Shown: positions 19,827 to 30,137, counted from the stretch's first letter. The stretch: DNA of 64,000 bases from a virus (IMGVR_UViG_3300031419_000010:46871-110870); one strand, 5' to 3'. Notes: a model not told the origin generated them from the letters alone. Made by a program: numbers and translations.

Positions 19827-20256
19827 TCAGTTCGCGCATTTCTTGACGACTTTTCTTGTCACTCAAAATGTATTCCAACACAGCAGCGCGAAGTTCACCG
19901 CTTTCGCCTTCGTCCGGTTCGCCTACGCCGATCAGAAATTCCTGAATGTCATTCAGCGTTGCCTCAAGAACCATAGGGCGAACAACTTTCGCCAAATCTT
20001 CCTGCGTTGTTTCCAGTGTGTTGCGTTCGCCGCGAATCATTTCCTGCATCTTTCGCGCTTCGAAGCAACTGCACAACATGCCGCCTTCAACTTTCTCAAC
20101 CATCAGATGCTCAGACACGCGATAACGATTGCCGTCGCTGTAATTGAAGTACGCGTAAAAGTTTCCGTGACGCTCAACCAGATCAAGATTCGTTACATCC
20201 GATGGATCGATAAGGTTAGTCATCATGGATTGAATAATGTGAGATAACTTTTTCAT
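19774..20256 (-). CDS. hypothetical protein, paralog of 19254-19826
   Basis: NRYRV...MQEMIRGERNTL..TQEDL..VRPMV. Confidence 0.7.
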   Translation of the reverse strand: MKKLSHIIQSMMTNLIDPSDVTNLDLVERHGNFYAYFNYSDGNRYRVSEHLMVEKVEGGMLCSCFEARKMQEMIRGERNTLETTQEDLAKVVRPMVLEATLNDIQEFLIGVGEPDEGESGELRAAVLEYILSDKKSRQEMRELIGLFFGLDAERKFAYAL

Positions 20257-20330
20257 GGCTCATTTCCTTGTGCAGATTTTTGTGTGTTTAAACAAGAAGC
20301 GCCCAACCAATGTTGAGCGCGATAGAATTT

Positions 20331-20654
20331 TTACCAGTGAGAATGTTTTGCTGATTTCTCTTCCATCGTTTTCATTACTTCATGATAACGACCAACGCGC
20401 AGATGTTCTTTCGAAAAACTTTCAATCGCGTTCCATTCACCAACCAGATCGTAGGAAGTTTCTTTCCCTTCCTGAACCGAAACCTGAACAACAACGTCGT
20501 TCTCTTCCAGTTCCGTATCGGTAACGTCTGCCATATCACGCTCAGTTAACGCGATACGATATTCAGGTTCAGCAGAGATAGCGCCGAACATTACCTTTAC
20601 AGGCTCCTGCGGATGTGAGGCGGCAAGCAGTGCAACGATAGCTAAGATGTTCAT
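20331..20654 (-). CDS. hypothetical protein with N-terminal hydrophobic signal
   Basis: MNILAIVALLAAS. Confidence 0.65.
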   Translation of the reverse strand: MNILAIVALLAASHPQEPVKVMFGAISAEPEYRIALTERDMADVTDTELEENDVVVQVSVQEGKETSYDLVGEWNAIESFSKEHLRVGRYHEVMKTMEEKSAKHSHW

Positions 20655-20732
20655 GCAAATTTCCTTTTCGGAAGGTTGAGGCCGGTAGTGGCCCTGAGTC
20701 CTAATTGTACCTGAGAGTTTTGGCTAAAACGA

Positions 20733-20755
20733 GCGGGATTTTGGACACTTATTTG
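20733..20755 (-). promoter_or_regulatory. conserved promoter motif (copy 3)
   Basis: + strand GCGGGATTTTGGACACTTATTTG; TACAAT -10 downstream on the minus strand. Confidence 0.7.
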
Positions 20756-20809
20756 CTGAGTTGGCCAGGCAGAGGGATAGGAGATTTTCAGGCAGTCCGT
20801 TGCCTGTAA

Positions 20810-22054
20810 TTAGTGCGAAGGCTGATAGTGCTTTTTGAAACTTTTGGCTATGCGACGTTTAGCCAGATCGTAATGTTCGTGACCTATGCCAATCAAATGA
20901 CGATTTAGTTTGGCGCACACAATGCCGATTCGACCTTTGCCTATGTTTGGAGAAAATACAGTCTGCCCTTCTGTTGTGTTCGACAGAATAAGCTCAGTTA
21001 ATTCTTCGACTGAAAGTTTTCTATCCAAGACAAAAGCAGAACCGCTATCAGATTTGATACGCGAGATTTCTGATAAGGGAAGATCGTATTTTTCCACCAG
21101 CACCAAATCGGCACTTCCTTTTTTGACGCGACGAATCTTTTTAGCAGAATCGAAAAGCACCAGAGGATTCTTTTTCTTTTCTGCGTACCGGGCAATAATT
21201 CCTGCGACACGTTCCGGCATAAGTTTGGCGTAGTCAGGATTCAATTCACAAAGAATTGCGTTGCGGTTTAAATATTTTGCAACGCCTGCGGTTGTTCCGC
21301 TTCCACCAAACGGATCGATAACCGTATCACCTTCACGCGATCCGGAAAGTATGCAGGGCAAAATCAAGTCAGGTGGATATGCAGCAAAGTGACCGCCTTT
21401 GAATGGCTGGCTTGCCAATGTCCAAACGCTGCGCTTGTTTGCTTTAGCATATTTTTCTTTGTCGCTCTTAACCGGAGTTTTAATTGACTCGTTATCAAAA
21501 TAATACTTCGGCTTTTTGCTCAACAGAAAAACATATTCGTGCGAACGTGTGCAGCGATCACGAACACTTTCAGGCATAGGCGATGTTTTCTGCCAGATAA
21601 TATCTTGCCGCAAATGCCAGCCGTCATCGCGTAATGCCATTGCTAACATCCACGGAATGCCGATCATATCTTTTTCTTTCAGACCTTCCAGCTTTTGCCC
21701 GCGCTTAGATTGGCGCGTGTCCTTTGGCAAGCCTCGCTGCTTTGTTCCGGTACGCTCACCGCCGAAACTGTGTGCCGGATTATCCTGCTTGCATCCGGGC
21801 CGATAGTTGTAATAACTGTCAGCAATGTTAAGCCACAAAACGCCATCAGGTTTTAATGTGCGTTTCACTTCCCGGAAAACTTCTACCAGCGCATTGATAT
21901 ATTCAGCAGGCGTTTTCTCCAAACCGATCTGCTCGTTGTTTCCATAATCGCGCAGACCGTAATAAGGAGGACTCGTTACACACATTTGAACACTGGCATC
22001 CGGTATCTTTTTTAATGTTGTGCGCGAGTCTCCTATCAGTACGCGAATAGTCAT
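20810..22054 (-). CDS. N4-C/N6-A DNA methyltransferase (beta class)
   Basis: TSPPY, DIIWQK..PMPES, HFAAYP, DPFGGSGTT. Confidence 0.92.
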   Translation of the reverse strand: MTIRVLIGDSRTTLKKIPDASVQMCVTSPPYYGLRDYGNNEQIGLEKTPAEYINALVEVFREVKRTLKPDGVLWLNIADSYYNYRPGCKQDNPAHSFGGERTGTKQRGLPKDTRQSKRGQKLEGLKEKDMIGIPWMLAMALRDDGWHLRQDIIWQKTSPMPESVRDRCTRSHEYVFLLSKKPKYYFDNESIKTPVKSDKEKYAKANKRSVWTLASQPFKGGHFAAYPPDLILPCILSGSREGDTVIDPFGGSGTTAGVAKYLNRNAILCELNPDYAKLMPERVAGIIARYAEKKKNPLVLFDSAKKIRRVKKGSADLVLVEKYDLPLSEISRIKSDSGSAFVLDRKLSVEELTELILSNTTEGQTVFSPNIGKGRIGIVCAKLNRHLIGIGHEHYDLAKRRIAKSFKKHYQPSH

Positions 22055-22197
22055 GATTGAAGTCTATCCTTGCGCACCAACTCTAAAAGTTTTTCGTCTG
22101 AGATTCCCCAGCCATGCCAATAGTGCTCAGTGGCAAGTGCAATCTGACCGCGATAAAGCAACGTGCTTATCGCTCTCGCTAATAAAGTTTTATTCAT
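22051..22197 (-). CDS. small hypothetical protein
   Basis: Fills the gap between the two MTases with coupled start and stop. Confidence 0.5.
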   Translation of the reverse strand: MNKTLLARAISTLLYRGQIALATEHYWHGWGISDEKLLELVRKDRLQS

Positions 22198-23377
22198 TTG
22201 CTTTCCTTTCTTTCGCAAACCGTTTGTACGCTTCGACAATATAGCTTTTGCAGATAGCGTAATAAAGATCCTGTTCCTCGATCCCTATGTATTTCAAATT
22301 CATCTGCGCACAAAGATAACCGCTGTGACCGCGCAGCATGTAAGGATCAAGAACAACAGAATTTGCATTCGTGTTTTCTTCAATTATCGTTCGCATAGTC
22401 TGAGGCGAGAACCTGTGACCAAACGTTGAAACGATGATTCCTTTTTCAGTGCGCACACGTTGAAACTCTGCAAACAAATCAGCCATAGAAGTTGGATCGT
22501 TCCAGCGCTTGTTAACGCTACTGAAAATAACCAAGTCCACGCTGTTATCCGGAATCGTGCGTAACTTTTCCAGAGTGTTACCGTGCATGAGTTTGATTTG
22601 CTGTTTCATTCTGTTCGGTTCCTGAGTGAAGTCGGCTAAAACATCCTCGCAAATAATCGAAGTGTTTTTCCAATCTTCTTTGTATTCAGCAGTGTCAACG
22701 CCAATGCCCGGCGTCAACTCAATACCAGTATCTTTATGAAAGTTGATATACTTTTTGCATTCAACTTCCTGATAGTGTCTTGTTTGGGAATACTTAAACG
22801 GCGAACTTTGCTGCGGGATAATAAACGATCCGTAACGGGCAACCTGTGACGCACGTTCAATGATTCTAAACTCAAAATCTTTACCGCGATATTTTCCCAT
22901 GTGATCGGATGTTTTCAAATATCCAAACGGAGGATTACTGATCGCGTTATCAAACTTCATGTTCGGATCAAGGTACTGCAAAACATCGTGTGTCAGTGCA
23001 TCATCGTTTACCCATATTGCTTCGGGCAAAAGGCGTTTACCTATATCACAATATTCTTTGTTGAGTTCCACGCAAACAATAATCGGCTTCACGTTGGGAT
23101 GATAGTATTTCATCCGGTGCATGTAGCAGAAACTCAAAATGCCCGTGCCTGCACACAGGTCAACGAGCGATCCATATCCTTGAATGTCTAATTCAAAATC
23201 CCACGCGTACGAAAGAGGTGTATGAAAACTGCCAAGCAAACGCACGTCACTTGTTGCGCTTTCAAAATAGTTTTCATATACGAAAATCTTTTGATCAAAC
23301 GTCAGCGGTTTATCGCTGTTGATCAGCTCCATCGCTTTTTGGTGACGCGCACTGTCAGCCTTTGTTAGTTTCCCCAT
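22190..23377 (-). CDS. N6-adenine DNA methyltransferase (NPPF type)
   Basis: VDLCAGTGIL, CVELN, ISNPPFG; likely start MGKLT. Confidence 0.85.
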   Translation of the reverse strand: MGKLTKADSARHQKAMELINSDKPLTFDQKIFVYENYFESATSDVRLLGSFHTPLSYAWDFELDIQGYGSLVDLCAGTGILSFCYMHRMKYYHPNVKPIIVCVELNKEYCDIGKRLLPEAIWVNDDALTHDVLQYLDPNMKFDNAISNPPFGYLKTSDHMGKYRGKDFEFRIIERASQVARYGSFIIPQQSSPFKYSQTRHYQEVECKKYINFHKDTGIELTPGIGVDTAEYKEDWKNTSIICEDVLADFTQEPNRMKQQIKLMHGNTLEKLRTIPDNSVDLVIFSSVNKRWNDPTSMADLFAEFQRVRTEKGIIVSTFGHRFSPQTMRTIIEENTNANSVVLDPYMLRGHSGYLCAQMNLKYIGIEEQDLYYAICKSYIVEAYKRFAKERKANE

Positions 23378-23684
23378 TTGACGCGTCCATAATAATCGTA
23401 AAGTCAGTGCCGGGAATAGCGAAAGTATAACGCCACAGGTTTTCACCGATGCGCTCAAACTGTTTCAGTTTCCAGCTAAAGCGAATCTGTTTTAAAACCT
23501 TTGAGATTGGAAAGATTGCATAAGGTGCGCCTGCAATAAATCCGGGAATGTGCTGCACAACATGTTTTGCTTTAACGAAAAATTCTTTCTTTTCGTGATC
23601 GGCAGAAATAGATTTTATGTAGTGCATCCCGCCGCGACCGCCGCCTTTATAAAGCAGCGCCAGATACGGCCTGTCATTTGTCAT
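23355..23684 (-). CDS. hypothetical protein
   Basis: Overlapping operon ORF. Confidence 0.6.
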   Translation of the reverse strand: MTNDRPYLALLYKGGGRGGMHYIKSISADHEKKEFFVKAKHVVQHIPGFIAGAPYAIFPISKVLKQIRFSWKLKQFERIGENLWRYTFAIPGTDFTIIMDASNGETNKG

Positions 23685-24321
23685 CTAAAATTTCCTTTCG
23701 CTGCTCGTCATTCATTGAAAGCAGACTTGCAAGTTGATGCGGCTGGATCAGGATAGGACAATTCAAACTTCCCAAACCGTTTGCAGCATGATCGTCTTCC
23801 CAAATCCAGTAGTCCTTTTTAAGAACGGCACGATGTGAAGCAAGCTCACTCTCAATATTGCGAATCGACATATCTTTAATATCAAGATGCGCAGTGTAAT
23901 CGCGCACACGTTCCAGAATGCGATCACCAAAGCGAATGCCGGAGCGCAGAGAACGGGAATCAGCAGCAAGTTTAGTTGTGTGTTCCTGAACATACGCTGC
24001 ATAGCCTTGATTCATTGCTTCACGTAAAAGATCGGCATCAAACATTCCCGTTCCCGGAAACGTGGCAACAACATTCGTACGAGGCTCAAAGCGCAGATAA
24101 AAATCGTGCCCGTTATAATCAAGCTGCGCAACGTTGACGATATGAAGCGAAAACTTTTCAGTATCCCATTCGTGCGGAGTAATGATCACCAGCGCCTGAA
24201 AATCTTCTGTTTTGAGTTTGTCGGCAAGCACAACAGGAATGCGAACCGTGTTCAAACCAAACTCAACTTTTGAAGCGAATACGATCAGAGTGCGTTGACG
24301 ATAGCGAGTATTGCGTGACAT
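23674..24321 (-). CDS. hypothetical protein
   Basis: AGGA SD. Confidence 0.7.
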   Translation of the reverse strand: MSRNTRYRQRTLIVFASKVEFGLNTVRIPVVLADKLKTEDFQALVIITPHEWDTEKFSLHIVNVAQLDYNGHDFYLRFEPRTNVVATFPGTGMFDADLLREAMNQGYAAYVQEHTTKLAADSRSLRSGIRFGDRILERVRDYTAHLDIKDMSIRNIESELASHRAVLKKDYWIWEDDHAANGLGSLNCPILIQPHQLASLLSMNDEQRKEILDDK

Positions 24322-24335
24322 AAATTTTTCCTAAG

Positions 24336-24980
24336 TTAGATAACCCATTGTTCGTACCAAGAGGGCGTGTTTTGTAGCATCAACGCCATTCCGATACAGA
24401 AGCCATGCCCGAATTTTTTATCAGGATTGTTTAACGCTTGAAGAAAAGGATGACGCTCACCCGCTTTGTATTTGTAGGCTTTGAATGCGTCGTAAGTATC
24501 GTAATCACGAATCACAATGTTCGCGCCGCTGTTGAATTGTTTTTTCAGCTTGCGGAACTTTGGAGTCTGCAACATCAGCTTTGAATATTCCGGAACGTAG
24601 ATCTGCTTTCGTGCTGCAACATAACTCAAGCGAAGATTTCCCCACTTAGAAAAATCTGCTTTCCTGCCTTTACCCATCGGATAGCGAAAGCCACGTTTGG
24701 TTCGTGCTCCGCTCAGGTGCCACATAAACCATTCGCTATTTATTTCTCCGCACAGCAAATCAGAATCAAACTGCATGTGCTCACGATAAACTTTGCTGTA
24801 CTGCCAAAGGTTTTCGAAGTTGAGAAACATAACGCCGTCCGGAGTTCGACACGGCCCCAAATGAAACGGGCTAAGCTGGCTCCATTCGTCGTCGGTTGAA
24901 ACAGGCGTAATGTCGAGATCAACATTTTTAGGTGCCTTGTCTTTTAAGCTCAGCACCGTAACTGTTCCCATCTTTTTCAT
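24336..24980 (-). CDS. DUF6939-like conserved viral protein
   Basis: LSPFHLGP, FENLWQYSKVY, YVAARKQIYVPEY, FGHG; family assignment from recall. Confidence 0.55.
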   Translation of the reverse strand: MKKMGTVTVLSLKDKAPKNVDLDITPVSTDDEWSQLSPFHLGPCRTPDGVMFLNFENLWQYSKVYREHMQFDSDLLCGEINSEWFMWHLSGARTKRGFRYPMGKGRKADFSKWGNLRLSYVAARKQIYVPEYSKLMLQTPKFRKLKKQFNSGANIVIRDYDTYDAFKAYKYKAGERHPFLQALNNPDKKFGHGFCIGMALMLQNTPSWYEQWVI

Positions 24981-24993
24981 AGACGATTTCCGT

Positions 24994-25218
24994 TTAAGCG
25001 TAATGCCAGAACACCACGTAAAGGAGATACGAAACAGCGGCAATAGTTGCTATTACGTTTGTGCTTTGATTCATTGCCTCAGCAACTTTTTTACCAAAGA
25101 CAACTTCCAGACTAATACCGAATCTTCTGAGACGCGTATGCAACACAAGTGCAATCGCGCCTTGCAGAAACATCAAACAGAAAATTGCATAAAAGAAACA
25201 TGCAAGAAAAGCACACAT
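24994..25218 (-). CDS. small membrane protein
   Basis: Two hydrophobic segments. Confidence 0.55.
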   Translation of the reverse strand: MCAFLACFFYAIFCLMFLQGAIALVLHTRLRRFGISLEVVFGKKVAEAMNQSTNVIATIAAVSYLLYVVFWHYA

Positions 25219-25220
25219 AA

Positions 25221-25772
25221 TTAGCTCTCAGTGTTTTCGCTTTTCAAACTCACCTGCACATCATAGCCGCGACGAACCAGTTCTTTCGTGATCTCGTTTA
25301 CGGTTGCATTGCGCAAAAATGGATTTGTCACGCGAGGAAATTTTGCTACACCGCTTTTGGGTTTAGCGGATTCCGGATCGGTATAGAAGCGTTGGCAGTG
25401 CGGCATCTGCACACTGAAATGAGAATCAAGAGAAGCAAAGCCGTAGCCTGCATCCAGACCTGAATCAGAATTCAGATACTCAGTGATTTCATTGCGTACG
25501 GTTCCGGGCATTTGTGCAAAGGTCAACGCTTCCGGTTTCTCGCTCCACTGAATCGTATAAGGACGATCAGTTTTGCCGTTGTTTGGAATGTTGCGAAAAT
25601 AATAAACATCACGCAGCAAAAAGAATTCGTAGGTGCCCGCGTCCTCAACTGCCAAAACAATTGCGCTTGCTTTTACCATACGCGCCTTGATGCGCAGATA
25701 ACTGAAAATACGATTTTGCTCAAGCTGGAGTTTGGAACATTTGATAACCAGCGCTTTAATATCCCATGACAT
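25221..25772 (-). CDS. hypothetical protein
   Basis: AGGAG SD before MSWDI. Confidence 0.7.
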   Translation of the reverse strand: MSWDIKALVIKCSKLQLEQNRIFSYLRIKARMVKASAIVLAVEDAGTYEFFLLRDVYYFRNIPNNGKTDRPYTIQWSEKPEALTFAQMPGTVRNEITEYLNSDSGLDAGYGFASLDSHFSVQMPHCQRFYTDPESAKPKSGVAKFPRVTNPFLRNATVNEITKELVRRGYDVQVSLKSENTES

Positions 25773-25829
25773 TTGAAATTTACTCCTGAAAATGAAAAAG
25801 GGAATGAGCATAAGCCCACTCCCTATTAT

Positions 25830-27653
25830 TTACAGTTTCCGGATGATGTTAGCGCCCATCAAGATTTGATCGCGTACGTCCTCACTATTGCAGGTAATGC
25901 GATAGTTGTTTGGTGCCGCACGGTTGATGATCGCAGTGCCGTTAGAATCTAACAGCGGTTGTTTGAAACTTCCCTGATACAGCATATCTACCGCCGCCGG
26001 GTTCCCGGTAAGGAAGATTCCAGTTTTGGTACAGCGAATATCAACGTTGTTTGTTTTGGCGTGAAGCGTACCAGTTCCCGGAGTAAACGGACGACCGTCT
26101 GCCAGTGAATACTTTTTGCTACTCGCTTTCACAACTGCGTCGATTGTGGATTTGAGTGCGCGAACAAACTTGCTAATGTTTTTAGCAACGCTTGAATCAA
26201 CCGTTGTGTAATTGGCTTCGTTCAGATTAAAACTATAGCCTTTGTTTCGGTTGTATCGAATCAGAACAGGCAGAGAGATTCCAGTTTCAGGCATCCGGTA
26301 AGACATATTCCAAACCAGATTATCGTCGTTGGTTTCTTTCGCGTTGTGAACTTCATCAAACAGTTTCAGGCCGCTGCTTGCCAGTGCGCTTAGCATATCC
26401 TGTTTGTATTTCAGCATCAGGTTATCTGTCACGCCGTGAGTTTTCTCTTTACGTGCAGCGCGTTTGCGATCCGCTTCAAACATATCTTTCAAAGTTTGAA
26501 TCACGTAACCCGCATCGTAGTTCTGTCCAATATCAACGGTTTTGTGAACGCGTTTGTATGGAGTGAGTAACCAACGAGCATCGCCAAATTTCAGCGTACC
26601 AAATTCTTCCTGACCCATGATCAATTCCAAACCGCGTGGAAGCAGTTTAGTTTTCAGTCCGGTAATGTTGCGCTTGAGGTTATCGCCAATCGCTTTAACG
26701 TGATCAACATACTTCTCAAACTTTTTATCCAGAGTCTGAGGCAGCACATCAGAGATTTCATCCACCAGCACGGTTTCAGATTTATGATCGTCTTTCGCTT
26801 TGCCTTTTCCGAACGCCGGAATAAATGCGTTTGCGTTGGTTGGGTTTTCTGTTTCGATAAAGTGAATCAGACGCGACACAGCTTTGCGCAGATTGGTTTC
26901 ACTGCCGTACGTTTTGCCTTTGGAATCTTTCGAATAAACGCCGTAGCTGAAAGTTCCGTCTTTGTGAACCATTACAGCATACGCCAGATCTTCGCGAGGG
27001 TTGTTTGTGACTTTCGGATACACACGAACCTGATAGCCGCCTACAACTTTGTTTTGCAGAACATCATGATCCTGCAACGGATAACCCGCGTTGCCAAACG
27101 TGGCGATAACGTCATTAACCACTTTGCCGAACTTTGTATCATCGTTCGCTTTGTTTTGATGATCAGGAATCTGCGGAGTACCAGCAGGCGTATTGGATTT
27201 AACTTCTTCGCCAACTTTCAGAACAGGTTTTTCCGCTGGCGCAGGTTTAGCTTTGCGCTCTTTGGTTTTCGGAACAGGCTTCGCAACTTTTGCGCTGTCG
27301 GTTTTAGCGCCTGCGGTATGCCACTTGCTAGACACTTTGATCATCTTGAATGCTTTCAGACTTGCATCAAGAGTTTTGGCTTTTGCCAGATCCTGAACCG
27401 CTTTGATTGTGGCTTTGCCTGAAACGGTTGAACGGAAACGAATGATCTCATCGTCTTCTGCATCACGCAGCATCAGCATCAGGCCGCGTAAATGCGGAGA
27501 CAGCACAAGTTTAGATTTAGCGAGAGTTTCAATGTTCGCCAGAATCTTTTCTGAGTTTTTACCGAAGAGATAGTTTGCTGCTTCTTTCTGCGCTTTGGTT
27601 GCAGAAACTGAAACAACATTTTGATCCAAATTCGGTAAGGATACGGTTGTCAT
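25830..27653 (-). CDS. large basic protein, probable virion/internal head protein
   Basis: GAGG SD before MTTVSLP; VSVSA motif; Lys/Ala-rich N-terminal half. Confidence 0.65.
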   Translation of the reverse strand: MTTVSLPNLDQNVVSVSATKAQKEAANYLFGKNSEKILANIETLAKSKLVLSPHLRGLMLMLRDAEDDEIIRFRSTVSGKATIKAVQDLAKAKTLDASLKAFKMIKVSSKWHTAGAKTDSAKVAKPVPKTKERKAKPAPAEKPVLKVGEEVKSNTPAGTPQIPDHQNKANDDTKFGKVVNDVIATFGNAGYPLQDHDVLQNKVVGGYQVRVYPKVTNNPREDLAYAVMVHKDGTFSYGVYSKDSKGKTYGSETNLRKAVSRLIHFIETENPTNANAFIPAFGKGKAKDDHKSETVLVDEISDVLPQTLDKKFEKYVDHVKAIGDNLKRNITGLKTKLLPRGLELIMGQEEFGTLKFGDARWLLTPYKRVHKTVDIGQNYDAGYVIQTLKDMFEADRKRAARKEKTHGVTDNLMLKYKQDMLSALASSGLKLFDEVHNAKETNDDNLVWNMSYRMPETGISLPVLIRYNRNKGYSFNLNEANYTTVDSSVAKNISKFVRALKSTIDAVVKASSKKYSLADGRPFTPGTGTLHAKTNNVDIRCTKTGIFLTGNPAAVDMLYQGSFKQPLLDSNGTAIINRAAPNNYRITCNSEDVRDQILMGANIIRKL

Positions 27654-27711
27654 AAAATCCTCACAGGAAATAAAAAAGGCCACCTTCTCTTTCGAAAAAG
27701 CAGCCTTGTGT

Positions 27712-27954
27712 TTACATCAGAAGTTGAAACAGAGTTTCGTCTTCCACCCACATCGCACGACCAATAAACTCTTTCTCACGATAGTAAGAAATTACGGTGT
27801 TATCTGCGGAACGGAAAGATTCACACTCTTTTGTGCGTTGGACAAACATATCTAAATCGACGTGCTCAAGTTTCTGAATGAGAAAAGGCTCATTCGAAAA
27901 CCATTGCAAACGACGGTCATTATATGCAAGCCTGATAGTGCCACGATTTGCCAT
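27712..27954 (-). CDS. hypothetical protein
   Basis: GAGGA SD before MANRG. Confidence 0.6.
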   Translation of the reverse strand: MANRGTIRLAYNDRRLQWFSNEPFLIQKLEHVDLDMFVQRTKECESFRSADNTVISYYREKEFIGRAMWVEDETLFQLLM

Positions 27955-28020
27955 GACTCGTCCTCTTTCTTTTTGTAATAGCAATTCTATGCTACACAAT
28001 TAAATTAGGGACGAACTTGA

Positions 28021-28779
28021 TTAATCAATGGTTGCACGGAAAATAATAGAAACAAGTTCTGGCGTCATCAGAATACGAACTTTTCTTTGTTTTGATTGGG
28101 CGTAGTCGATGGCGTATTGTTTTAGTTCCAGAACAAAGTTGGGTTCCATCAACGCAAGTGAATCACCGAAAGAAATGTCGATGGTTTCTGCGTCGATAAG
28201 TTTTTCGATATTCGTTTTAATATGCTGTTTCCAACTTTCAGGATCAGCGGTCATTTCCGGATGTTGAGTAAACGGAAAGTTTGAAATAAGATTTTTGAAC
28301 GGAAGCGAAGTGCCGAGACTAGGAGCGCAAGTATAAATGCTCTCCGACATTTGCCAGCGATGCAGATATGATTCTTTCAGTCCTTCATACAGATAACGAT
28401 TGCCAACAAAGTTAACTCTCATAACGTGAGGGCTAAGAATCTCAGTCAGTTCGCCAAAGAATTCATTGCGAAGTTTTGCATCCATGTACTCAATTGAATC
28501 AGTTGCGTACACAATCAGGTCTTCATTCAGATTTGAAGAGTGTTTAGCAACATAGTTAAGGGACGCGCGATCTGTTACGCCTACCAGATGAATTCGATCT
28601 ACAGCAGCGCCACGTATGCCGAGCACAGAATAAAAATGCCCTTCAACAGCGTCTTTGGTTATGCCGATCATCAGCATGTCAATCCGGCCTGCGTTTTTGA
28701 AATCAGAATTTTCGCGACGGACGCCATGCACCAAAGATTTTGCTAAATCTGGAGTAACATCAATATGACTAAATTTCAT
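28021..28779 (-). CDS. hypothetical protein
   Basis: GAGG SD; 252 aa. Confidence 0.7.
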   Translation of the reverse strand: MKFSHIDVTPDLAKSLVHGVRRENSDFKNAGRIDMLMIGITKDAVEGHFYSVLGIRGAAVDRIHLVGVTDRASLNYVAKHSSNLNEDLIVYATDSIEYMDAKLRNEFFGELTEILSPHVMRVNFVGNRYLYEGLKESYLHRWQMSESIYTCAPSLGTSLPFKNLISNFPFTQHPEMTADPESWKQHIKTNIEKLIDAETIDISFGDSLALMEPNFVLELKQYAIDYAQSKQRKVRILMTPELVSIIFRATID

Positions 28780-28849
28780 TGCTTATTTCCTCATTGGAGG
28801 TTTTATTAAAAAGCCGTCACCCCATTGATGTACGGCTTTCAGGTTTAAC

Positions 28850-29398
28850 TTACAGGCGCATTAAATCCTGTAAGGTTTTGATATGCGAACGAACAATCTT
28901 CTTCACGGCGTCTTTCATTTCGTCGTAAGGAGGAATTGATTCATCGCTTGCACGAATCAAATCAACAACAGCACGTTCGTGAGAATCCAGAATCAAACTT
29001 TCTGCTTCCAGTTCCTGCTCTGCCTTCACGCGCTTTTTCAGTTCGGCTTCTTCTGCTTTTTCTTCGGCAGAAAGTTCACCTTCCTGTTTCGCCAGCACTT
29101 CAAGGCGAACCGAAACAACATCGGTATATGCAGAAGTGGGAGAGTTTCTATAGCGCGACAAATCAAGCACACGCAGAATGTGAAAACCATGCGGGAACTT
29201 TTCTTTCAGTTCAACATGATTATCGACCACCGCCGGACGATCTGAAAATTCTTCACGCGGTAGCAAAAATTTCACGCCAGTGATATAGCCTTCTTCCGGA
29301 TTGCTGTAGTCCGGTGTGCCGCCCAGCGGTATCAGCACCTGAGAGATCAAATCCTCAACAAGATTTTTGTCAGACTGTGTGGCATTGAGATTGTTCAT
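28850..29398 (-). CDS. hypothetical protein
   Basis: GGAG SD before MNNLN. Confidence 0.7.
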   Translation of the reverse strand: MNNLNATQSDKNLVEDLISQVLIPLGGTPDYSNPEEGYITGVKFLLPREEFSDRPAVVDNHVELKEKFPHGFHILRVLDLSRYRNSPTSAYTDVVSVRLEVLAKQEGELSAEEKAEEAELKKRVKAEQELEAESLILDSHERAVVDLIRASDESIPPYDEMKDAVKKIVRSHIKTLQDLMRL

Positions 29399-30137
29399 CT
29401 TTGGCTCCAAAGAAATCATTGATTGCGTAATCGAGTGCGCCAGTTCCGAGATCTTTGTGCTCTCCGTAAGTTGGCGCGTCGAACAGAACGTGAATCGTTT
29501 TGTCTTTTGGACAAACAGTGTATTCGTACAAACCATCTTTCACAGTAAAGTGAGAGTAGTCTTTGCTGAGTGTGAAGCCACAGTTTTGACCGCGACCGCT
29601 CAGACGATACTGGAAAACATTTTGTTCAATTGATTCGCGAACAAAGTTTTCATAACGCGCATCCTGCATCAGTTCCAAATCAACCTGACTTAAAACTTCT
29701 GAATACGCATACATGACCAGTTGCATTACCGAAAGCGGAAGAGTTACAAAACCTTCCTGCATCGCCACAACGTAACACGGATTGAAAATAAAACCGCTTG
29801 CGTGTGGAGTACATACAGAAAACTTGTTACGTGCAATCACAACCTGATCTTCAAGTTGCATTTGCTCAAGAATCGCCGCGCTCTCACCGATGTTGTCGCC
29901 GGGAAAAGTGTGCCAGTGACGTTCGATCTTTTCTTCCATTTCGCGGCTGTCGCAGAACACAGTTAAGCCGATACGGAAATCATCAGGTTCATGAACGTTA
30001 ACCAGATTGATTTTGTTTGGAAGCAGTGCCGGATCAATTTTATCTGGATGGCGGGGCGTAACACCAATTTCTGCTTTGCGTTGAATGCTGCTCAAAATTT
30101 TTGGCTTACGTGCAAGATCGTGCAGTGACTTTTTCAT
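29370..30137 (-). CDS. hypothetical protein
   Basis: ATGA coupling. Confidence 0.7.
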   Translation of the reverse strand: MKKSLHDLARKPKILSSIQRKAEIGVTPRHPDKIDPALLPNKINLVNVHEPDDFRIGLTVFCDSREMEEKIERHWHTFPGDNIGESAAILEQMQLEDQVVIARNKFSVCTPHASGFIFNPCYVVAMQEGFVTLPLSVMQLVMYAYSEVLSQVDLELMQDARYENFVRESIEQNVFQYRLSGRGQNCGFTLSKDYSHFTVKDGLYEYTVCPKDKTIHVLFDAPTYGEHKDLGTGALDYAINDFFGAKDEQSQCHTV

